From positions 930,001 to 994,000 of the forward strand of contig CAJFCJ010000003.1 of NCBI GenBank assembly GCA_904063045.1: 64,000 nt of DNA, written 5' to 3'. Positions 26,822 through 36,218 of the stretch are shown here, in pieces. The stretch comes from Dimorphilus gyrociliatus. Its lineage: Eukaryota; Animalia; Annelida. The position numbers and the translations under genes are program-made. The notes beneath the pieces are model-generated. The model was not told the origin of the DNA. It did not search any database and worked only from the letters and a program-made list of their open reading frames with translations. Each line of letters begins with the position of its first letter. Position 1 is the stretch's first letter.

Positions 26822-27734
26822 TTATTTCTTCCCCACCTATTGGTTAAGGCTCTCATAGCTTGGAAAATCAATTCTGTTTTATCAACGGTCTTGTTTGTTT
26901 ATAGAAAAGGTTGGAATCGTTGTTTAGCGTATTCAATACGTTTTTAAAATGAATATGCTTTTTTCGTATAAAACAATGAGAGTTCATAAGATTTCCTTAA
27001 GAGAAATGGTAGTATTATATAATAAGCAGGAGACAAATATAAGAGATAAAAACATCTGTTTCATCTGAGAATAGAATAGTGAAAAGTGGAAAATTTAATT
27101 TATTATTAAAAGAAGAGAAAAGATAAAACATTAAAGTAAAGGCTGAAAAAATTCTTTTGAAATGTTAAACATTCTTAATTAACATTATAATATCGAATGT
27201 AATGAAAGTCTATGTACCTGAGTTGATTACGTTGCTTATTACTTCAAAATGTAGTGTTTAAAAGTTTCTGACAGTAGTATTCTATAAATGAAATAGAAAT
27301 TGAAAATTTTCAGAAATATTTTCAAATTGGTTCACTAAATCATTAAGTAGATAATTAAAATATGAATTTATAAACTAAAGTTAAATGTATAAATCAATAA
27401 GATAACTATATTGGAATTATTATAATTTCTTCTCTATTTTTGGTTTCATGCTAATGAAAAGCTTTTACTATGTTATCACCACTGTTTAAATATTATATTT
27501 AACTTTCTAAGTTTTTGTTATTTGGACAGTTGAATCAGGAGTTACTTTATCAATATTCTCTTTTTTTCTGATAGTTTATTGATAATTAAACAGTTTTAAA
27601 CTTCAGTAGTTATCTATTAATTATAACAGTTCTCTATACAGCTGCTTCAATTAGCTATATTTAATCAGTTTCCTGTTTATACACTAGGAAATGCATAAAT
27701 AGCGGTCATATTGTACTTTTATCATTCTTTAAGC

Positions 27735-28848
27735 ATGAGGATCCTTTTGGCTCTCGCTGCAATTTTACAGTAAAATTTAGTAAAAATCTTTTATATACAA
27801 CTTTTACATCATACTTTATTTCAGTTTGGTTCTAGCTTTTCCACATAATGAACATCCGAATCAGAAAAAGAATACAGCAGTAGGAGATTCTGGAAATAAT
27901 TATCCTGATTTTTCCTCACATCATAATCATGCAGATACAAATGATTTGCATCCTTATGCAGAAGAGTGTCGACTCTACTTTCAAAATCACAATGCCTACT
28001 CAAATGGATACAATGAAGAGTTGAAGAAAAAATGTTCTTCTTTTATAGACGAGTCTAGTGAGATATTAGCATCCAAATCTGGTTCAGGGTCTGGTTCAGG
28101 CTCTGGTTATGGTTCAGGTTCCGGGTCTGGTTCAGGCTCCGGTTCAGGCTCTGGTTCTGGTTCAGGTTCCGGCTCTGGTTCAGGCTCCGGTTCAGGCTCT
28201 GGTTCTGGTTCTGGTTCAGGCTCTGGTTCAGGCTCCGGTTCAGGCTCTGGTTCTGGTTCTGGTTCAGGCTCCGGTTCAGGCTCTGGTTCTGGTTCTGGTT
28301 CCGGGTCTGGATCAGGCTCCGGCTCAGGCTCTGGGTCCGGTTCAGGTTCCGGCTCTGGTTCTGGCTCTGGTTCTGGCTCAGGATCTGGCTCTGGATCTGG
28401 TTCTGGATCAAGATCTGGTTCTGGCTCTGGTTCTGGTTCCGGGTCTGGATCTGGTTCTGGATCTGGATCAGGCTCTGGCTCCGGCTCTGGTTCTGGTTCC
28501 GGGTCTGGATCTGGTTCTGGGTCTGGTTCCGGGTCTGGATCAGGCTTCGGCTCAGGCTCTGGGTCCGGTTCAGGCTCTGGTTCTGGCTCCGGCTCTGGAT
28601 CTGGATCCGGCTCAGGTTCTGGGTCCGGTTCAGGCTCTGGATCTGGATCAGGCTCTGGATCCGGCTCTGGTTCAGGCTTAGATGTTAATCCTGAACCAAT
28701 TCCAGATTTGGGGTATGAAGTTGATCCTTGGATACTTAAAAGAAGATGCAGATTTAGATATAGATTCGGTAGAAAAAGATGGATTTGTCGCTTAAGAAAA
28801 AAATTTCGACCTAAGTCAAAGCTTACTTGGCGAAGAAATTACTGGTGA
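27735..28848 (+). CDS. Secreted Ser-Gly repeat protein with cationic aromatic C-terminus (352 aa, 2 exons)
   Basis: Exon 27735-27769, a 55-nt GT-AG intron and exon 27825-28848 give the signal peptide [18 protein letters not shown]. This is followed by a polar domain with 2 Cys, a 200-aa (SG)n tract, and the tail [36 protein letters not shown]. Confidence 0.88.
28078..28677 (+). repeat. Coding hexamer repeat (TCN GGN) x about 100
   Basis: 600 nt equals 200 codons, with three non-S/G codons (Y, R, F). Variation is almost all at third codon positions, which supports the SG reading frame. Confidence 0.97.
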
Positions 28849-29818
28849 AATATTTAATTGTGATGAAATTGATGTAATATTAGCAATTGAATGATATTGA
28901 AAATCTGTTGAATAATTATAAAAATAAATGAATGAAAAGCAATCGAAGAAAAATATTCGGTATAAAAATAGTGACACTGATAAACATTAGATAATCTTTG
29001 TAACTTGAATAGAAATAAGTAAAAAACATATTGAAAAAAAGCTTAGCGTATTAGAGAGTCCAGTTTGAGCATTATCATAAGACATTAAAAATATTAAGCG
29101 TATAGTAAAAGCCTCATTATAGTGATTCAAATTAGCGCCATTTTTATCTAGTATTTGTAAATTGAATTAGAGAACTATGAAAAATGTAAGAAGAAAGAGT
29201 ATCTTATATATTTGATTTTACATATAAATACAACAGTTTCTTAAGAACCCTAGATTTCTCTATTTACTTGACAGCCTCTTCTAATTGTTAATTACTCGAT
29301 GCAAATAGCTCTTCTCAACATCTCCTTCACCTTTGTTTTTACAAATAAAAATATAGTAATTAACAGCTCTTAATTAATTAATTCAATCTATATAAAACCT
29401 TCATAGATTGTCAAATATAGATATGACAGGTACACACGCAAACTTTTTAGTAATAATGTTAATATAAACCATTAGAAATAAAAAAAATTAAGCATTCAGT
29501 TTATGTTTATTTTATAATGAAAAGTAAAACTGCAGTTATTTATCTTTAATATCACTGAGGATTGAATATAAAATCGATAAAACTCTTCAAAAGAAGAAAA
29601 CGAAAATATTGCATATTACACAAATGCCTTCAATCTTTTCTTCTGTAAATATTAATTGGAAAAAATAATTAGCCAGATTAATTTATAATAAAAAGCATAA
29701 ATAAAAAATCTCATTTATACTCTACATAGAAGAACACACTTGTTTTTACAAGCTTAGACAGATGATGACAAGGTTTTCTTATCAAAACTGTAAATTTTAA
29801 TTATGTAATAACATATTA

Positions 29819-31180
29819 TTAGTTGTCGTTGTGCTCAAAGTAATTAAAATCTATTAGGAAAGTTGCTCCAAGTAGAATAGCTTTGTTTGTTACGGATTCC
29901 GATTTGTCGTTAACTGTATTTCATTAAATAATTAAGATAATCAACTCGGATATTAATTCTTGAAATTAACTACTTACAAATAATTGAAAAATCATTTGCT
30001 TTTCCGCATACTTCTCTAAATCCTCCCCAATGTTTTTGAATATCTCCGATTTCCATGTCTCCTTTCAGGATCTGTTCAATATTTGTATACGAAATTGTAA
30101 AATACATGGAAAGTGGTGTTTAGAGGATACATACTCTGAAATGAACATCTGTACAACACTTACACACGCAGCAATCTCCAACAATTTGAAATAGTAGGGA
30201 ACCATTTGCATCGTAAATCTCGTATTTTGGAATACAGCAAGTCCACCTGAACGCAAGATCCGAATTCATTATACTCAAACCAATTGAATGGTGAAATATA
30301 CAAATACTTACACTTCTTTAATCGTTGCCGCCAGTTTCCCAATTGGAAATTGTATTTCCATCACTTGTAGGCAACATGGGCAACAGCATCCTTGACAATT
30401 TCGTGGTCGATTCAAGAATATCAGAGGAACTTCTCCTGCAGTTGTTACAGTTGAAATGTTCATTGTCATCGCACGAATAGGACCACAGCATTGTCTCTCG
30501 CAACATTCAGATTCTTTAAATTAATAAATACTTATTGTAAAGTTTAACGAGTATTGAGGAGATTACCTTCTCTAGCATAGAGTATTTGCTGGTCTTCGTC
30601 ATTGCAGATTTGATAGCGATTTCGTCTTTCCCACGAAGTGAAGACTGTCAGTAAAAGAGGAATAATATAATTTACTTTTATATACAAATTATATTCATTT
30701 TAATGCAGAATTGTTGGGTCAAATAGCATTTGGCCTGTATTTAGAACACCCTTCACCTAAAATATCATAACAAGACAATATGTAGTAAAGAAGGCTTTTT
30801 AGTCTTTTTTAATATTTTGAAAGTAACGCATGCTAATTTTTTTTATGTTTATTTTATATAAAAATTTCAGTCAAAAGTGTTTCTTAAATAAACAATATCG
30901 AAGATCTAACTTAACAAGATATATAGATTTTTGCATTAACAGCGATACCTTCAATTAGATGTACTTCTTGATGAACGTGTATCTTTTGTAAATTGGCCAA
31001 CATCTCTGCTCCACTGGCCGGGGTAGGTTGGTAACTTCCTGTAGTAGGTTGCATCTGTATAGCATTTCCACTAAGTCCAGAACTGTATTGAGTGTTATAT
31101 GCTGAATTAGAGTATCCTTCTGCTTGATAAGGTGGTGGAGGATTATTAGAAGGTTGTTCAGTTATTGGAGATTTGCTCAT
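29819..31180 (-). CDS. PLSCR: Phospholipid scramblase, paralog C (270 aa, 6 exons)
   Basis: Exons 31180-30949, 30644-30567, 30513-30312, 30246-30135, 30071-29978 and 29913-29819. Nearly identical to paralog B outside exon 1. Confidence 0.95.
29829..30645. repeat. Near-identical duplicated block, copy 2 (partner 25429-26245)
   Basis: Same alignment as copy 1. Confidence 0.93.
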
Positions 31181-31255
31181 TTTCGAAAAATTCAAAAATA
31201 ATGTATATAAGCAAAAGCCTTGTTTTTTACCAAATGAATCGAGTGGTACAAATGA

Positions 31256-31263
31256 TCACGTGA
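31256..31263. promoter_or_regulatory. TCACGTGA E-box upstream of scramblase C
   Basis: 76 nt upstream of the ATG at 31180. Reads GTCACGTGAT on the minus strand, one base from the CLEAR consensus GTCACGTGAC. Confidence 0.6.
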
Positions 31264-31850
31264 CTATTTCCCCCACCTATTGGTATCAACGTGAATAACA
31301 AGAGAAATCAATTCTTTTTTATCAATACTATCTTCAATGTTGTACAACAGGTGGCGTTAATGTCTAATATAAAAAATATATAAAGTTCACTTTGTTAAAC
31401 TTTCAGAAGGTACTCTCAATGATGATGGCTTTAAAAAATCAGTTGATCTGTATTTCGTAGAAAGTGTTCATTAAGTGATTAATTCAGAATAAAATGATAT
31501 TAACCATTATTTATTTATTATATACAGTGTAAAAGTATTAAAAAGTAGTTATATTGTATATTAATATTCAAGATAATATTGTTTCGAGTGTGAATGATTC
31601 TATTAAAAGAGTTGAATGGAAAATTTGAATGTAAATAATAATTAATCAGATTAAATGATCTCTTTACATTATGTAATAAAAAGTGTATTTTTATCTGATA
31701 ATATAATTTTTAAATTGAATAAAGTAAGGAAACGAGAATAAATTAGTCATAAAAATAACTTTAGATATATATTTAAGTACAATAAAAATCAATAATAAGG
31801 ACAGATAATCCTTTATCAACTCCACTTTGTAATGGTAAAATTGTCTATTT

Positions 31851-33070
31851 TCAGCTATTATCCATATTAGAAAGAATTCTTACAAACTTCTTTCTTATTA
31901 TATTATTAGGTGAGAAAATCCGCAAAAATTGGACTAATTTTCCATAAAATCCCAAGTAGTAAACGCTTTTTGGGTACTTTCTGGAAACTGCTTTAAGATA
32001 GCAATTTGCAACGTCATCGCTAGAGAGTAGGAAAGATGGCATTGAAGTTTGAGAGAATTTCTTCAAATTTTCATATTCTATACAAAATATATAGAATTAG
32101 ACAACAGTATAAGTGTATAGATAATATATAATAACAGTATTTACTTTTATGAAAAAGCAGCTTTGATTCATAATCAGTTTTTGATATATGATCACTTTCA
32201 TTCCATGCCTTTTTCCATTTTTCATGCATATTGAATGTCATGTTTGTTCTTATATAACCGTGTTGAATGTCAATGCTGTGTATTCCAAAGTCGCCTAATT
32301 CAGGCCTAAAAAACATAGTTATTATAATAAATTATAAAAAGTGGTTTTCTAGGAAATGTTGAGGTTTTATTCTATGAACCTTGTCGACATAATCAAGCCT
32401 TCTAAAGCCATTTTACTCGTGCAATAAGGAGATAAGTGAGGAAGTGGAAGAGTAACCTCACTGGTCGTGTTTGTAATTATTCTTCCTTTGCTCTTTTTCA
32501 ATAATGGTAAAAAGGTGTGCAAAATATTTAAATGACCATAGAAATTTATATCTAATGATCTTATATAATCGTCTTTCTTTAGCCAATCAAACGGTCCAAT
32601 TTTGTCCATCGATCCTACGTTATTTATTATAGCCCACAAAGCTGATATAAAATGTATTATTAATTAACAGAAATAAACGTATATATTCTGTTAAGCTAAA
32701 TACCCGATTGATCATCAATGAGGCTGAGAACAACTCTCTTAGCATCTGTTATACTATTCATATCGTTAACATCTACTCTTATAACATGAAAATTATATCC
32801 AGAGAATTCTTCTTGTAATGTCTTTTCAGCATTTTCCGTTAAACAAGTTCCAATGACTTTAAAACCGGCGTTAGTTAATTTTTTCGCGGTAGTAAAGCCT
32901 ATTGAACTATCGCATCCAATAATTAATACATACTTTCCTTCCAAATTATCAATTTTTTTCATATACCGATAGTATTTACCATAAAGAACAGCTGTAGAAA
33001 GAATAAGCGAAGATGATAACGCAATTCGAAACTGCATTTCCTTTATGTATTGATGGCTGTCGAACGTCAT
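31851..33070 (-). CDS. Short-chain dehydrogenase/reductase, RDH / 17-beta-HSD (SDR9C)-like (338 aa, 4 exons)
   Basis: Exons 33070-32704, 32641-32380, 32305-32145 and 32077-31851, phases consistent. N-terminal hydrophobic anchor; IGCDSSIGF (compare TGCDSGFG); LWAIINNVG; LPLLKKSKGRII; catalytic YCTSK. Confidence 0.92.
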
Positions 33071-33557
33071 AAAACACTATGAGCTTATATGAAATCTCTT
33101 CTCTTAAGTCTAGTTAATAAGATTGCTAATTGGATAGTAGATTAAGTGTAGTGTCTGAGTAAGGCAATTCATAATTAGAAAATCCGATTAAAAGATAGCG
33201 AATGTTGGAAAAAAGGTTTGTAAGCAAAGGTTGTATTATATATAATGAAATAAATAATACTTCCTACTTTACCTAACGTTTTTTAAAGTGATATTAAAAT
33301 TTCTTAGGTAAAAAGTTAAACTATATTCAGACTACATTTAAAAAAGTTCAAATTTCGGTGCAATATAAGTATTTTAGGTGATTTAAAGAGACCATTCAAC
33401 CTATTTATTTGCGCTTGGCCTGTAAAAGTATATCGATCCTTTGTGATCATTTTTTTTCCTGCATGAAGCTGTTTTTGTTAAATAAAATCAGCATTAGAAG
33501 AGCAAGCGTATACATTCAAAAAGCTTCGTCATATGTGATAAACAATATACGGAAATC

Positions 33558-35160
33558 ATGAATATTATAGCTAATTATATTATTTTAGCATTAGCTATTT
33601 TTCAAAGTTTTCATATCCAAGTATTCTTCATTACAGAATTAACATTTTTTAAAATGTCCGTGTCTCAAGGTATGTTTTTATACTTAATATTTTATATTTT
33701 ATTCAAAATTAGCTATTAATATATTTTAGGCCTAAATTTGATTTAAATGTAGTTAATTAATAAACGAATGACCAAACTGTGACTTTTTAAATAGTTTTTC
33801 AACATTATCTTTACAAAAAGATGAATTCGTGTCTAAAGCATATTATCTTTACAATGCTGTACACAGTATATGCTATATTTAAATACGTACAGTTTTCTGT
33901 TTGCTATACATATATTGCAAGATTATGCTATACCTATTTTAGCAAAAATTTATTGAACAATGACGATTATTTCGTTATAAAACAATAAATTTAGCATTGT
34001 TTTCTAATTAAATATGTTATTTTTGATTGGAACAGAGAATAAAGGTGATACAGGTAAGAACACTTCAATTTAATTAAAAGTTGTAAGCTAGATAGACTTT
34101 TCTGTTTTATATTGCTTTTATTTAATATACATATCATTGTGTTTAGGAGATACTGGTAGATCGGGAGGAAAAGGTCTTCCTGGTTCACCCGGACAAAAAG
34201 GTATCAAGGGTGTTGCTGGTTTAATGGGTCCTCCTGGTTCCACTGGTTCTACTGGTGAAATTGGTCCCATTGGTCCACGGGGTTCTCCTGGTCCCACTGG
34301 TCCTACTGGTGTAACTGGTGAAATTGGTCCAACGGGTCCTCATGGTCCCACTGGTTTTACTGGTAAAATTGGTCCAATGGGTCCTCGTGGTCCCACTGGT
34401 TCTACCGGTTTCATTGGTCCCCCTGGTCCTATAGGCCATTATGGATATACTGGTGCAACTGGATTTCAAGGCCCAAGGGGACAAAAAGGAGACAGAGGCT
34501 CTAAAGGTGATAATGGTTCTCCTGGAGGTAGAGTATGTTTAACATTAAAACAAGAAGATGTAAAGAAAGATATATACGAATTTAGGAGCAACTGGACCAA
34601 GAGGAGAAACTGGTTTCACAGGGTCAATTGGCTTTACTGGAGAACGGGGAGTTCCAGGACTGCCTGGCCGAATTGGGCAGGAGGGAAAAGTCGGGCCTCC
34701 AGGACCTCCAGGACCTGAATCTTCAATCAATTCTGACAGTTCACAAAGTAAGAAGAAAAAGGTTCAGTTTCTCTAAGCAAACTAAATATTAATTTATTTC
34801 TCAAGATTCAACAAGAAATGTCATAATTGCGTGTTCAATAGGACTATTTTTAATAATTATTATACATATTGGTTTTACCGTGACGCTATATAGAACCGTA
34901 AGTAAACTTAGGCGGAATCAAGAAACTATTATTCCAACTAGAGTCAGTATGCCTTTATAACGGAATTTCAATAAATAAGCTGTGTTCTTGCTATCGTAAA
35001 AATAGGTATATGAAATGTTAAAGAGGGAATATTCCAAGTTACCTGAAAAATCTCATATCTACACAACTATTACAGAAGTTATAGAAGAAAAGAAGGAAGA
35101 AGATGGTACATCAACAGGACATTATATTCAGATATTGAGCTAGAAATGGAAAAAACTTGA
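33558..35160 (+). CDS. Collagen-like single-pass membrane protein (about 285 aa, about 57 Gly-X-Y triplets, C-terminal TM)
   Basis: Proposed exons 33558-33669, 34147-34527, 34586-34747, 34806-34897, 34980-35005 and 35076-35160. The Gly-X-Y exons and the TM exon ([24 protein letters not shown]) are well supported. The first exon, the donor at 34527 and the last two exons are less certain. Confidence 0.75.
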
Positions 35161-36112
35161 AATTGATGACTCGAAGAAGAAAAATCAATGAACGAACTGA
35201 AAGATAAGAAAATTAGCAACAATTTTATACAAATATTTGTCAGATGAGTTTGTATAAGAAGTATCATTGCTTCTTCTTTGTTTGCGATCTATTTTCGTCT
35301 TTAATCATTTAGTTAGCTTATTTAACCTAGAATTATTTTCATAGATATAGAACTAATTGAATAGGAGAAAATTATAGATCTTAATAATATAATGTATTTC
35401 TTCATACTGTATATATTGATAATATTTTCCATGAAACTTATACTTAATCATATGTACAATAGTAAATTTTGTCGATAGAGACAGCACAATAGCAATAAAA
35501 CGTTTTACATTTAGAGAAGAGAAAAAAGCAAAATAGGATTGGAGAATCAAAAAAAAAACACAAATATCTTGTAATTATTAGAAATATAAAGTAATTGTTA
35601 TCTTTTTCTTTATAGCTTTCCTTTTCTACTATATAAGTATCTTATCTACAATAATATAGTCTGTATTTATATAGTTTCTTTTATAGACAGCACCTTGCTA
35701 TAAAATCTCTCTTCGCCAATATTTGTTTCTATGATGCATATACATATTGTTTTTTTTTTTTTTGTTATATTAATTGTTTGTCTTCAAAATAAAATCATCA
35801 AGAAAAAGAAAGAAAAATCAATAGATCTTAATCAACAACAGAGATAAAATGATTCTACTATGATAATATTTTCATTTAATAAGTACAAAATAAAGATATC
35901 ATTAATGTTTTCATTCTTTTTTCTCTTTTCTTATTATAAAATATCTATATTTATTCAAATATATAGATATTTTAAAAGAATAACAAAGGAATATATAACT
36001 ATATGTATATTTATAATTTCCCATATATTTCAATGTCTTTCGAGTTTTTCATAAAAACCATATGAAAGAATCACTTCAATTTATGAAATAATTCCAAACC
36101 AATACATATACA

Positions 36113-36115
<3 letters not shown>

Positions 36116-36168
<53 letters not shown>

Positions 36169-36187
36169 TATATATATATATATATAT
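36116..36187. repeat. (TA)n microsatellite
   Basis: Directly visible, just past the glypican stop codon. Confidence 0.95.
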
Positions 36188-36218
36188 TAATAGTATAGAA
36201 ATATAAAGGAGAACTTAA

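Noticed and set aside
28055-28681. Poly-QN and VQAP ORFs over the SG repeat
   Set aside because: Alternative-frame and antisense shadows of the GGN-TCN repeat.
34221-34730. ORFs 34221-34484 (-) and 34545-34730 (-)
   Set aside because: Antisense shadows of the Gly-X-Y exons.
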